Below, piece after piece: positions 1-12,559 of a DNA stretch of 64,000 nt. Origin of the DNA: Felis catus (lineage: Eukaryota); the NCBI RefSeq assembly GCF_018350175.1, contig NC_058368.1:59646001-59710000 (forward strand), given 5' to 3'. The translations under genes and the position numbers were made by a program. The notes under the pieces are model-generated. The model was not told where the DNA came from. It made no database searches and saw only the letters and a list, made by a program, of their open reading frames with translations. Position 1 is the first letter of the stretch; the number at the start of each line of letters is the position of its first letter.

Positions 1-440
1 CTGACTTTCCAAATTTCTAATTGAATTGTTTTTTTTTTTTCTTTACTGATGAGCGTGGAGAACTTTTTATATATTTATTGAAGTCTTTTTCAGATACATC
101 GTTTGTAAGTATTTTTTCGCAGTCAGTAGCTTTCCTTTTTATCCTCATAAAAGGTTTCTTCACAGAACATTTTTTTAAAAATAAGGGCTAACTTCTCAAA
201 ATTTTCTTAAATGTACTTTTGGTATCAATTTGTAGAATTATTTGCCTAGACTTAGATCCAGTTTTTTCTCTTAATTACAGAAACATTGTTTTAAGTTTTC
301 ATTATTGTGGGTAATGCATTTTAAACTATTTTATGTAACACGTGGGACTTAGATTGAGGTTCTTTTTTTCCCCCTGTGAATGTCCTATTGCTTCAGAACC
401 ATTTGTTGGAAAATTTATCTTCCGTCTATTGAATTGCTTG
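1..440 (-). mobile_element. Old L1 (L1M-type) ORF2 3' region fragment
   Basis: T-rich sequence resembling antisense L1 ORF2 (e.g. cctattgcttcagaaccatttgttggaaa...tattgaattgctt); heavily decayed. Confidence 0.65.
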
Positions 441-949
441 AAAAAAATAGATCTAAAGTTAGAAAGAGATAAATCTTTCTCTCCTAAATTTGGGGGAGAG
501 TAGAAAGAAAGTGTCTCGGTGCCTCACCTCTGGTCCATGCAGAATTGAACCTTCATTTGAACACTTGAGTGTCCATGAGACTATTCTGTGCAGTAAGGTG
601 AAGGGCAGCCCCTCATACTAGTCTGTAGACAGACTGCTTGTTGGGGTGATTATACACCTGGTAGTGAATAAGTGCATGGAGAGAAGCTCACTCTTGGTGT
701 CAGACTAGAAAATAGACAGCAAAAACTGCATAAAAAACAAGCACTCCAATCCCTCCCTCACCCAGAGTACTTAATTGTGCTACAACATAGATTATAATTT
801 TAAGAATTATATTTTCAAAGCAAAGTTATAGCAGAAATGTGTACATGTGTAAGTGTGCATGAGTGTGTGTTTCTTCTTTAGGGCAAATAAGTATACCCAA
901 GAACTATAACAGCATACTTAAACACCCCTGTCCCTAAACTATATACATT

Positions 950-1052
950 ATAAGGATAGGGACAGAGACTGGTTTTCATTGGGTCCCTAATACCTAGTTC
1001 AGTGGCATATATTCAATATTTAATAAAGATATCTCATCAAAAGAATGAACGT
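950..1052 (+). mobile_element. L2 3' end remnant
   Basis: agggacagagact...cctaatacctagttcagtggcatata...aataaa...gaatgaa resembles the L2 terminus. Confidence 0.4.
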
Positions 1053-1094
1053 AAATTATACATTTAGGAAGAAAAGTAGTTCTTCTGCCCTTCT

Positions 1095-1350
1095 CTTTTT
1101 TTTTAAATTTTTTTGAGTGTGGTTAACACTGATATTACATTAGTTTCAGGTGTACGACACAGTGTTTCAACTTCTCTATGCTATGCTCACCATAAGTGTA
1201 ACTACCATCTATCACCACAGAACACTATTACAATGTCATTGCCTATATCCTCTATGATGTGCCTTTTATTCCCATGATTTATTTATTACATGACTGGAAG
1301 CCTGTATCTCCCACTTCCCTTCACCCATTTTGCCCACCCCCACCCCCTTC
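1095..1350 (-). mobile_element. L1 3' end, Carnivora type (5'-truncated)
   Basis: Poly-T followed by ttacattagtttcaggtgtacgacacagtg...ctggaagcctgtatctcccactt, the antisense L1_Carn/L1MA9-like 3' UTR. Confidence 0.8.
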
Positions 1351-3079
1351 CTATAACATGCTTTGTAGCAATGTAAATAAAGCATTCTGTTTGACAGATG
1401 TTTGACACATAGATGCATTTTCTTAAAGATATTCCAGAGTCCTACTTTGAATTTTTCTGTTTCCTTATATTTTGGCATAGTCTATTTGCATAAAGTCTCA
1501 AGAAGACTTATATAGTGCTTTTTTTTTAATTTCAAGATTGAATGCATAGACTGTATCATCATAAAACTCTATTTTACATGACCATAATTAACCATAAGCA
1601 ATATAAGAAAAGTGTATTTTTTCCTTAGATTTCAAAGCATCCTCAATTATGTTACCTAAAGCAGCACTTTCAAAATTATAATTTATTGAAAACTTGTAGC
1701 CTAGGTGTGGAGGAAATTTTGTCAGTTAATTTTTCCTTCTTTTTTCTTCTTTTTCTTTCTTGTTTTGGTTATAGAACAAGTGCAATACCTAACTCAGCAC
1801 CCTCAATTACATTCCATTATTTTGGGACACATAATGTGTGCTTGTACTTTTCTTCATGATAGTCCAATAAATGATATCTGTTAATCTTTGCTGAATGTAC
1901 ATTTTTAATACGACAAGGTGAATATATTCCCCAATAGCAATGAGTGTAACTCCCAAGTATTTATGAGTGTGTATATATGCATGCTCACATGCATGTACAT
2001 GTATGTATGTTTATGTGCACAGAGAGAGTTAACCAGGCAAGCAGGGGCACAAGAAAGAATTAAGAAAAGTTTGGTCTTGTCAGTTGATATTACAGGGTAA
2101 TTGAGTGAATCTTCTTGTCTTACATCTTCTATCAAAGGCCTCATTAGCTTTTAAGAGCTCTCCACAGATTTTACAAGATAATTTGAAGATAGATGTGATT
2201 TAAGACATAGTGAACAGAATTTACAAAATAAGGTCATTGCTTCAAATTGTTTTCATAGTTGGTACAAAAAAAGTGCACTTTAATTTTAGTTATATTGAGT
2301 CTTAATAGAATAATGTTTTTAATATTTTTTAATTTTTTAATATTTTAAAATATTTTAAATATTTTAACAGCTATTTGGTAGTTCTCAAGTGAAAGAATTT
2401 CAGGAAGGGTAAATTAATTGGGATTGAAACTTTCAATTCTCAAATACATGGGTAAGCTTTAATAGATAAAACATTGAGCAATTTTGAATGTGTTTACTAA
2501 GCAATCAAGTAGTAATCAAGGGAATTATAAACTCCCTTAAATTTTTAATAACTTACAGTTTAAAATACCTAGGGCTACTAGAATGTTCATCAATTACCCC
2601 AATATGCCTCAAGTATATATATTTGTGTATACACAAATACACAAATGGGATACAAACCCACACAGACAGGTAAATAGATCTACAATGTGGTGGCAAACAG
2701 TTAAATCTTGCTGATTAGGATAAAGGCTGTTGTTGTCCCTAGAGTCCTACTGATTTAACAGGATCCATGCTTTATCATCCCCTGGTTTTTAGTTTTCAGA
2801 GTTGTCCAAGCCTTCTCCATTGCTTTCCTGTGAAATGAGTGTGTGTTGCTGATGTGAGGCTGGAATCTCAAAACTATATGGAGTATCATGTAGCAATTTG
2901 CCTTTGCATTCTGAGCTCCTGCACACCCTAATCAAAGCCCCAACACCCAGCCTGCATTTGACTGATTTAAAATTCTTTTGACTATAGGAAATATTTTCTC
3001 ATTACACGTTCTATCATTTATTATTGGCATAAAAGCATAGTGGTTACTTCTGTTATGTTTATCATTTATCTTGCCAATT

Positions 3080-3505
3080 TCCCTAGCATTTATAACTAGC
3101 TTAATTGTTTTAGTTGATCTCCCTAGATGTTTGAGATAGAAAAATGATCAACCTTGTGAGATTGTGATATTTTATACTGGTATATTTACAATTTTTTGTG
3201 TGTGATTTTGTTGCAGTGAATAGGACCTCCAAAGGAAGCTGAATATCAGTTGTGATTATAAGCATTCTTGTCTTTTTTTGACTGTAATGATACCATTAGT
3301 ATTTAATCTCTGATGTATACTTGCAGTAGAAATCTAGTGTATACATTTTGAATAATTGTGGAATTCATTCATATTTAATTTTTACATATTGCATGGATGA
3401 AATGCTTGTTTTTTTTTTTCCTTTACCTGCTTAATTTAAGGAAATACAACATTATAATTTATACCACTAGTCCATCCTTGCATTTCTGGAATATAGCCTA
3501 CTTGT
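3080..3505 (-). mobile_element. Old L1 ORF2 (RT region) fragment
   Basis: taggacctcca...gcattcttgtcttt...tccatccttgcatttctggaatatagcctacttg matches antisense L1 ORF2. Confidence 0.6.
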
Positions 3506-3509
3506 GAAT

Positions 3510-3975
3510 TTATTAATCAGAAATCTTAATAACAAGCAGCTCTATCAGTTAATTTGGACATTAGTGAACTTAATATGCTGTATTATGCAGCTATTGAAAT
3601 TTCAGTGAGAGCAAGAAAACCAAACTGTGTGTTTCTCATCCAGTAACAATGCAGCGGGAGGAAACACTTAATTAGCCCACTGTCCTCTTTAGGAGAAAGG
3701 CATTCCTACTGTTATTTCTTTCTTTCTGACATGATACTAGGAACTGGATAGTAGTCCCTTTACCCTAGGTGGCCAAAGATCACAAAACACTATTTTTGCA
3801 AGAAACAGTCTCCCCAGATGTGGCCGCCAATTCATATTGCTCAATTCTATCTTTTTAATCTTTCTCTTGTATTTCTGCTTGGCAAAACCGAGGTCATGTG
3901 AATTCAAGCTGCAAGGGATTTATTGAATAAAGTTAGTTGGAATCAATACTAAGTGAGCCAATATGCAGTAATCAG
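3510..3975 (-). mobile_element. ERV-L LTR (LTR33/LTR41-like), probable 3' LTR of the adjacent internal region
   Basis: attaatcag...cttaataacaagcagc start and cttggcaaaaccgaggtcatgtg...agctgcaaggga end resemble recalled ERVL LTR consensus; abuts ERV-L internal sequence. Confidence 0.5.
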
Positions 3976-5251
3976 CAGTAAAGCCACACATTTGCCTTTG
4001 AAACGTCTGTAGGTAGACAACTTCCTACTTACAGTTTCTCACTACAGATGTGTAAGCAACAGTATGCTCCCACAGGTATAACAGCTCATTCCTTCAAGTA
4101 ACTAGAAGCATATTAGCTCCTTAACAGTGAAAATACAAGTGTTACCGGTCACCACATCCATCTTTAGGCAATATTCATACGTATCTATTAACATCACAAA
4201 CTAACTTGCTGTAATCTATGAACTAAATTACAATCTTACCCAACAAGCCTTATATTAAAGAGTAAGTGAAATGGAGCAGGAGTTACAGAATTGAACATAG
4301 TTATGTTGCCAGCAAAGCTCAAAGACCATCAAGCTCTTTCTTACTTTTGAGGATACAGGTGGATTTAGTTGACTTTTATTCTTTCATGAGACATCCTGAT
4401 ATACTCTACACAACTAGACCTCCCACAGACGTGGGTCATGGTGGCAGCAAGACCCTACATTTAATGGGTATATATCCCACCCAAGACAAAGACGTTGGAC
4501 AGAGGCACCCTGGGTAGCTTATTCTTTCTGCCTAGCAGGTTCCGCAAACGTCATTTTACCACTTAGTGGACCAGCATGATTTCTCAAAATCCCTGTGAAT
4601 AAATTACAACACATGCTGGAATTGTTGTGGCACTGAGACAAAACAATTAACGTATACTTCCTGCACTGTTAAGTAAAATTAACCTTATTTTACTTTTCAC
4701 TGAAAAAGCATTTGGCACTCACAACTGTGAAGCAGAGTCCAGGGGACTGTTTTGATGTTCTCCAGGAAAGAGAACATAACTAATTATGGGAACTTCTACA
4801 GTTGGATATGCCTCTGATTAAGATTGTAATACTCATTGCCAGAATCTAAGGACCATCTGATAATCAGAACAGGCCAAGTTGGGGCAAAGTGGGGAAGAGA
4901 CAGAAACTGCCATTTCTGAATCCTTCATGTTTTTAATAGTGAGGCTGACATTGGAGGTTTCTTCAGGGATGTTGTGATGTTGCTTCCATGGTAGCAAAGA
5001 TTTGGACTTAATTTTGCTTAAGCTAATATCTTGAAAACAGAGTATAAGTTTACACATACTCATAAATTGAAGAATGGCCTAAATTTAGTTCCCGATCTAG
5101 TTTTCTTAAAACAAGTTATACAGATATTGAATTTTTTTAGAACATAAGACTTTTAGTTCTGAGTTTGCTTGGCCACTTGTTGTCTGTTAGGCTGAGATTT
5201 ATTTATCTGAGTGGGTCTGCAGGAATGAGGATGATGAGGTTCTAAATGAGG

Positions 5252-5303
5252 AGTTAAGTTAAGTTAAGTTAAGTTAAGTTAAGTTAAGTTAAGTTAAGTT
5301 AAG
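5252..5303. repeat. (AGTTA)n pentanucleotide microsatellite, ~10 copies
   Basis: Read directly. Confidence 0.97.
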
Positions 5304-5356
5304 CATCTCCGGTGAGGTAGCTGATGATTCTTTAAGGAAGATAGCAAGAGCATTGT

Positions 5357-5357
<1 letters not shown>

Positions 5358-5412
<55 letters not shown>
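5358..5412. repeat. (GA)n microsatellite
   Basis: Read directly. Confidence 0.97.
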
Positions 5413-5414
<2 letters not shown>

Positions 5415-5504
5415 ACTCCATTAGTTCTCAATTGAATCTTATTAGTATAAAGGGAGGTCTGGCTAATCAAAGCCACCTGAATCTTAATAAATTTCTCCAT
5501 TTCA

Positions 5505-5715
5505 GGGGCACCTAGGTAGCTCAGTGTTAACTGTCCAGTTTCGGCTTAGGTAATGATCTCATGGTTCCTGGGTTCGAGCCCTACGCCAGGCTCTGTGCTG
5601 AGAGATTGGAGCCTGGAGTATGCTTCAGATTCTATTTCTCCCTCTCTCTCTCTGCCCCCACTTACACACCACACACTCTATCTCAAAAATAAATAAAAAT
5701 CAAAAATAAATAAAG
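5505..5715 (+). mobile_element. Can-SINE (SINEC_Fc type)
   Basis: ggggcacctaggtagctcag head, CT tract, AATAAA/A tail; TSD tttctccatttca on both sides. Confidence 0.95.
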
Positions 5716-6504
5716 AAGTAATTTTCTCCATTTCAAATTTTGGAATTCCAAATTCCCTCACATATTGTTTCAGATGTCACTTACCAATTTTGTGATGCTT
5801 TGAATACAGCTCGTTTAATTCAGAACTTTTAAGAATAGACTCTCCAGAATCAGATTCTTAATTATGGAAACTCAGTGATTTTAAATAATATATTTTGAAG
5901 AAGCCATTGACATAGCCAAGTTCTCTGGCCAGGCCTTAAGCAGAAGTTATAAATATTGAACATATAGTTTTCTTTCTTTTTTTTAAAAGTGCTATTTTAA
6001 ATATTATAAATTATAACATACCTAAGTAAATTGCATAAAATGTAATAAGTAAAACAAGAGTGTCCAAAGGAAAAAGTTTGCCTCTTTCAGAACTTGTGTT
6101 TTTGGAAAGTGATTGATCCATACCCTCACTGAAGATAATAGTTTTTTCATCTTGTGCATATGTATTTTATTCCTAGGAAGCATAGAGCTTTTATTCTGGT
6201 GCTCAAGTGACAAGATAGTTTCACTATCCTTATAACAGAAATAATCGAAAGCTCTAAGAGAGAATGTCTAAGATATTCTGTGTGTGTGTACCTGAATAAT
6301 ACATATGTGAGTAATGTATATGTGTGAATAATAATATATGCATGTATGCACATAATACATATATCTAGTTTGTTAAATGCAAATACTCATTTGATAAGTT
6401 ATAGCAAATTGTTTTCAAAGAGTTAATTTTTTTCAATCTAAAATGATTGTCTTTCATAATGTCCTACTTTTTTTTCACAAATTGTTACATGCATACAGGC
6501 TTTC

Positions 6505-6671
6505 ATATTGATTGATTGTGAGATATAATTGACATATAAAGGTATATTAGTCTCAGGTGTACAACACAATTATTCAATATTTGAATGTATTGCAGAATGA
6601 TTACCATAAGTCTAATTAACAACATACATTACCACACTTAGTTATATATTTTTTTTCTTGCGATGAGGACA
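6505..6671 (-). mobile_element. L1MA9-like 3' end fragment
   Basis: gagatataattgacatataa...tcaggtgtacaacac...ttcttgcgatgagga; a younger L1 begins at its right edge. Confidence 0.7.
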
Positions 6672-9600
6672 TTTTTTTTAGTTTTTATTTAAATTCCAGT
6701 TAGTTAACAGTATAATATTAGTTTCAGGTAAATAATATAGTGATTCAGCACTTACATGCAATACCTTAGTCATCACAAGTACACTCCTTAGTCTCCATCA
6801 CCTATTTAACTCATCCGCCCCGACCCACCTCCCTTCTAGTAACCATCATTTTGTTCTGTGCAGTTAAGAATCAGTTTCTTGGTTTGCCTTTCTCTCTTTT
6901 TTTCTCTTTTGCTCATTTGTTTTGTTTCTTAAACTCCACATAAGAGTGAAAGCATATGGTATTTGTCTTTCTCTGAATTATTTCTCTTGGCATAATACAC
7001 TCTAGCTCCATCCTTGTCCTTGTAAGTGGCAAGATGTCATTCTTTTTATGGCTGAGTACTATTCCATTGTACATATATACCACATCTTCTTTATCTATTC
7101 ATCAGTGGTGGATACGTGGGCTATCCCCATGAATTGGCTACTCTAGATAATGCTGTGATAAGCATCAGGGTGCATGTATCCCCTTGAATTAGTATTTTTG
7201 TATTCTTTGGGGAAATATTTACTAGTGTGATTGCTGGATCATTGGATAATTCTACTTTTAACTTTTTGAGAATCTTCCATACTGTTTTCCAGAGTAGCTG
7301 CACCAGTTTGCATTCCCAAACTGGTAGAATTTGCTTGTGAAGCCATCTGGCCCTGGACTTTTTCTTTGTTGGAAGATTTTGGTTACTGATCCAGTGTCTT
7401 TGCTGATTATCAGTCTGTGCATACTCTATTTCAGGTTTTGTAATTTATATGCTTCTAGGAATTTGTCCATTTCTTCCAGGCATCTAATTTATTGCCATAT
7501 AGTTTTTTATAATGTTCTCATACTTATTTGTATTTCTCTGGTACTGGTTGTTATTTCTTCTCTCTCATTTGTGATTGTATTTATTTGGGTCCTTTCTCTT
7601 TAATTTTTGATATAAATGGGTAGAGGTTTATCAATTGTATTAATTTCTTTCAAAGAACCAGCTTCTGAAAGTTTATTTTTCTGTTCTATTGTTTTTTTTC
7701 TTTCTTTTTTTTTTTTTTTTTTTTTAGTTTCTATGTCATTTATTTCCGCTGTAGTCTTTATTACTTCTTCTTCTGCTGACTTTAGTCTTCTTTTGTTGTT
7801 TCATTTTTAGGTCCATTAGGTGTAGGGTTAGATTTTTTATTTGAGATTTTTCTTGCTTCTTGAGGTAGGCCTGTCTTGCTATATATTTCCATCTTAGGAC
7901 CATTTTTAATTGCTGCTCCCCCAAAAACTTCAGACCATCTTGTTTTCATTTTCATTATTTCTCATGTATTTTTAAAATTTCTTCTTTGATTTCCTGGTTG
8001 ATCCATTCACTGTTTCATAGTATGCTGTTTAATGTCCATATATTTGTGGTCTTTTTAGATTTTTTCTTGTGGTTGACTTCTAGTTTCATAATGTTGTGTT
8101 CAAAACGTGTGCATGGTATGACTTTAAACTCTTTGTATTTGTTGAAGCTTGTTTTGTGACTTAATATGTGTTCTGTTTTGGAAAATGTTCCATGCGCACT
8201 TGAAAAGAATTGTATTCTACTCTTCTCGGATGAGATGTTCTGAATATTTCACTTAAGTCCATATGGTCCAGTGTGTCATTTACAGCAATTGTTTTCTTGT
8301 TTATTTTCTATTTAGATGATCTGTCCATGGATGTAAGTGGGGTGTTAAAGTATCCTACTATTTTTGTGTTATTATCAACTAGTTCCTTTATGTTTGTATT
8401 TAATTGTTTTATAAATTTGGGTGCTTCAAAGTTGGGTTCATGAATATTTACAGTTGTTATACCTTCTTGTTGGACCGTCCCCTTTGTTATTATATTATGA
8501 CTTTCTTTGTCTTTTGCCTTCACAGTTTTTAAAGTATTGCTACTCAAGCTTTCTTTTAATATCTTGCATGATACGTGTTTCTCCATCCCTTCCTTCCAGT
8601 CTTCAGGTATCTTTAGGTCTAAAGTGTGTCTCTTAAAGGCAGCATAAAGATGGGTCTTATTTTTTTTATCCATTAGGACACCTGTGTCTTTTGATTGGAA
8701 TGTTTAATTCGTTTATATTCAAAGTAATTATTGATAGATATGTGTTTATTGCCATCTTATTACTTGTTTTGTGGTTAATTTCTGGAGATTTTTTTCTGAT
8801 TCTTGTCTTTCTTTCACGGTTTGCTGATTTGCTGTAGTGATATATTTGAATTTCTTGCTCTTTATTCTTTGCATGTTTATTGGTGGTTTTTGATATATGA
8901 TTACCATTAGGTTCGTATATAACTTCTGCAAATAGCAGTCTGTATGAAGTTGATGGCCATTCAAGTTAAATCCATTCTATTTTCCTCTCCTCCTGGTGTT
9001 TTAGGTATATATTATTATATTTCACATCCTCTTTTCTGTGTGAGTTCCTTATTTTTGCATAATTATTTATTTTTATTTCTTTTGTTTTTCCTGCATTTGT
9101 CTTGTCACTTTTGGTTTATCCTTTCCACTCAGAGTCCCTTTTAATATTTTTTGCAGGGATAGTTTAATAGTCATGAGCTCTTTTAGTTTTTCTTTGTTTT
9201 TGAAACTCTTTTTAAAAAAAAAATTAACATTTATTTATCTTTGAGAGAGAGAGACAGAGACACAGAGAGAGAGAGACAGAGAACAAGTGGAGGAAGGGAA
9301 GAGACAGAGGAAGATACAGAATCTGAAGCAGGCTCCAGGCTCTGAGCTGTCATCACAGAGCCTGACATCAGGCTCCAACTCACGAACCATGAGATAGATT
9401 ATGACCTGAGCCAAAGTCAAGCACTTAACTGACTGAGCCACCCAGGCGCCCCTGTTTGTGAAACTCCTTATATCTCCTATTCTTCCCGACAGCCTTGCTG
9501 GATACAGTATTCTTGGATTCAGATTTTTCCCATTCAACACTTTGAATGTATCATTGGACTCCCTTCCATTGTTAAGTTTCTGTTGAAAAATTTCCTAGTA

Positions 9601-10497
9601 GCTTCATGGGTTTTCCCTTGTAAGTTAATGACTTCTTTTTTCTTGCTGCTTTTAAGACTTTTTCTTTTATAACTATATTTTACAAAGTTAATTACTATGT
9701 CTTGATGTTGGCCTGGTTTTGTTGATTTTGATGGGAGCTCTCTGTGCCTCCTTGATCTGGATGTCTGTTTCCTTCCCTAGATTCGGGAAATTTTCAGATA
9801 TTTTTTCTTTAAATAAATTTTCTGCTCCTTTTCTCTTTTATTCTTCTTCAAAGACTCTTACAATGTGAATGTTATTACATTTGATTGAGTCACTGAGTTC
9901 CCTTAGTCTATTCTTGTTTTGCATAATTCTTTTTTTCTCAGCATAGGGCTGTGTTGCATGTTATAAGCAAGTGAGGCAGCCAGTGTCAGTGCTGCTCTAC
10001 TTTCTGCAGGTGGCTCTGTGTGCTGAGCCACGGTGCTGGAGAAGTGTATCCATAAACATTGCCTCTCAGGGAAACATTCTGAGAAGAGCTAATAATCTCC
10101 CCACTGTGTGCCCCAGGCACTCCCTTCCAAACTCCAGACTTTAAGACCTGCTGGGTACAAGAAGCTACAAAATTCAGCCTGTCTCATTTTCCAAGCCAAT
10201 GGCTTTGAAGAAACTTTCTTCTTGTTTTCCCCCTGTGTACTCCTCCCTCTTGCCCTTCTCTTTGACCACAGCTTCCTCCCCTCTCTAGTAGCCACAATCC
10301 ATTTCTCCCTAAACCACATCTGCATACTTCCTAACTTCTTCAACGTAGCTTCTTCTCTCCCTTTTGTTGTGGAGTTTGTTCTGCCAGTCTTCAGGTCAAT
10401 TTCTGGGGTATTTAGGGTGATTTTATAATTATCTAGTTATATTCATGGGAGGAGGCAAACCTAGCATCCTCCTACTCAGCTACCATCTTCCTGCTCC
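6672..10497 (-). mobile_element. Carnivore L1 with both termini but internal deletions (5'UTR, partial ORF1, ORF2 EN, ORF2 C-terminus, 3'UTR)
   Basis: 3' UTR/poly-A at 6672. ORF2 C-terminus (QLLWKTVWKILKKLKVEL..DPAI) 7121-7303; EN domain (TTVNIHEPN..IVGYFNTPLTSMDRSSK) 8308-8673; ORF1 (KNLNPRILYPARLS) ~9470-9540; 5' UTR start ggagcaggaagatggtagctgagtaggagga at ~10497. Frames are broken. Confidence 0.9.
9211..9452 (-). mobile_element. Can-SINE inserted in L1 ORF1
   Basis: Antisense SINE ending gagccacccaggcgcccc; TSD tgttt(t/g)tgaaactc. Confidence 0.95.
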
Positions 10498-10829
10498 TGT
10501 AGCAAATTTAGTTGTAATCATTTTTTACTGATATAAAAAGAACTTTGATCCCTGGTAATCCATTTTATAAATGGGTGCTCTAATAATTTTATTTAAAATG
10601 TATAAATGTATGTGTACCAAATAATAGTTATAAATAACGTTGTATAAGTTCACATCAAGGTTTCACATATTTCAGAATTAATTTTTACTATTTATGTTAA
10701 AAGCATTCTGACCTTATTTTAATTTAATCATTTAAGTGATTTTTTTTATTATTTAATAAGAATGATATGTGTGACTTATTTTTTCTAGGAGAAAGTCCGG
10801 TCCCTCTTGATCAGTTACATTCATTGAAG

Positions 10830-10990
10830 CAAACACTGTAATATGGAAAGAAAGGAAAGTTCATATCTAAGAGATGCAGTCCTGTTATCTTTGGGGCAAA
10901 GGACTTAGATTCTTTCACACGAAACAGAGATACAATGCCTTTAATATTTCTTTGAGTTGATATATGCTGAGTGAGAAATGCACTTGTTTA
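10830..10990 (+). mobile_element. MIR remnant
   Basis: ctttggggcaaaggacttagattct...aaacagagatacaatgcct resembles the MIR core; very decayed. Confidence 0.35.
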
Positions 10991-11292
10991 ATAAACCCCC
11001 TTATATTTATGTCAGCCACTGCTAAGTATTAACTACAATATTCTATTTATCCAAGATATACTGCTACTATATGTAATGTTTTCAGATATGTAGCTTGAAG
11101 TTTTGTTTCTGGGAATGTACAAAAATAAAGACAGAGTAAAGGACTTAGGTAGGCATTCCTGCTTTAAATCCCAGGTTCCCACTTAATAATAGCACACTTT
11201 CAGGGTATGCTTGAATAAAATGAAAGTCTGAATTGGGATGGGAAAGAAGGGAAGCAGGGGTTTTTCAAGAAATATTCAAGAAATCAATAGAA

Positions 11293-11481
11293 TGAATAAG
11301 TCATGGGAATAAAACGCACTATAGAGGGAATATAGTCAACGATGTTGTAATAGTGATGTATGGCACAGATGGTAGCTACATGTGTGGTGAATGTGGCCTA
11401 TAGAGAAGTTGAAGCAATTTGTTGTACATCAGAAAATAACGTAACATTGTATGTCATATACTCAAATAAAAAAACATGAGA
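11293..11481 (+). mobile_element. Short L1 3' end (Carnivora type) with TSD
   Basis: tgaataagtcatgggaata...gggaatatagtcaa...gttgtacatc...tatactcaaataaaaaaa; TSD aagaaatca(a/g)tagaa at 11278-11292 and 11482-11496. Confidence 0.88.
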
Positions 11482-12137
11482 AAGAAATCAGTAGAAATGT
11501 CAAAGGTTGATGAGAATATATAAAATACAAATAGATTTATAAGTTACACAACAGATACACTGTTTATTTTGTTGTATTTTAATCTCTTTTGATTTGAGAG
11601 ATTAAAGACTTGGAGATACTCTAGTTCCCATGTTATTGAAAGTAAAGTTTCTGTTCTAGTACAATTCACCCCCTGTTCTCCTTCCACCACATGCTGTAAA
11701 CTCAATGTGCCTTACAATTCACACCCTTTACCATCTGGAAGGCTTTCTCCATTTTTCCAAAGTGTAAATAACAATTACATGACCACAGCAACTTCATTAA
11801 AAATTCCTCAATATTTACGCTTTGAATCATTGCCTTTTTTGTTGTTAAATAAAATGTTGGGATTGAAGAGATGTATCAGTGCTTAATGTATTCCTGCACC
11901 TTATCTGAAACTTGCCACTTCTGCCCTCTGGAATTTCCACTGAATGTCAAGAGTGCTATAACACTGACATTTTGTGGGAAAAGAATAACTTCTATTCAGA
12001 CATAGGCAAAACACTCCTGAATTTTAGTCCCCTGCATATAAGTTATTGATTCAGGTAATGCATAATTCTTGTCAGTCTATTAAACAATTTTCTTTTGGCA
12101 GCTACCTGGGGTTTATCTTATTGCCATTGTGCACACG

Positions 12138-12148
12138 TGTGTATGTTT

Positions 12149-12196
<48 letters not shown>
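12138..12196. repeat. (TG)n microsatellite
   Basis: Read directly. Confidence 0.95.
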
Positions 12197-12199
<3 letters not shown>

Positions 12200-12272
12200 C
12201 TCGCCAGGTGAGGCAATGGGATAAACAGCTCAACATCATAAGTATATAAGTAAATAATATTAAAAGGAAAAC

Positions 12273-12525
12273 TGTGGCACCTGGGTGGCTCAGTCGGTTA
12301 AGTGCCCGGTGTCGGCTTGGGTCATGATCTTGCGGTTCGTGAATTTGAGTCCCACATCGGGTTCTGTGCTGACAGCTCGGAGCTTGGAGCCTACTTCGGA
12401 TTCTGTGTCTCCCTCTCTGCACCTCCCACACTTGTGCTCTGTGTCTCTCTCTCTCAAAAATAAACATTAAAAACAAAAAACAAAAAAAAAGAAGAGACCT
12501 TTATTAAAAAAAATAAAAAGAAAGG
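12273..12525 (+). mobile_element. Can-SINE (SINEC_Fc type) with bipartite tail
   Basis: Canonical body; TSD aaaggaaaac. Confidence 0.95.
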
Positions 12526-12559
12526 AAAGGAAAACAGACTCTATCAAGAGAAATGGTAT

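Larger units (their letters stand above)
3976..5930 (-). mobile_element. Decayed ERV-L internal region (gag remnant and RT N-terminus)
   Basis: Minus-strand KQHHNIPEETSNVSLTIKNMKDSEMAVSVSSP aligns by eye with ERV-L pol KQYRIPGGIAEISATIKDLKDAGVVIPTTSP. Further RT-like remnants continue to ~4585, with frameshifts and stops. Confidence 0.7.

Noticed and set aside
2321..2367. AT-only palindrome aatattttaaaatatt
   Set aside because: By-product of low-complexity aatatttt repeats.
2371..2457. Possible small plus-strand exon (ttttaacag...atgg/gtaagc)
   Set aside because: Stops occur in all three frames up to the stronger donor; the shorter version gives an unrecognised 13-aa peptide with a weak donor.
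8308..8673. 121-aa ORF with endonuclease-like motifs
   Set aside because: Frameshifted L1 ORF2 EN fragment, not a host gene or an active element.
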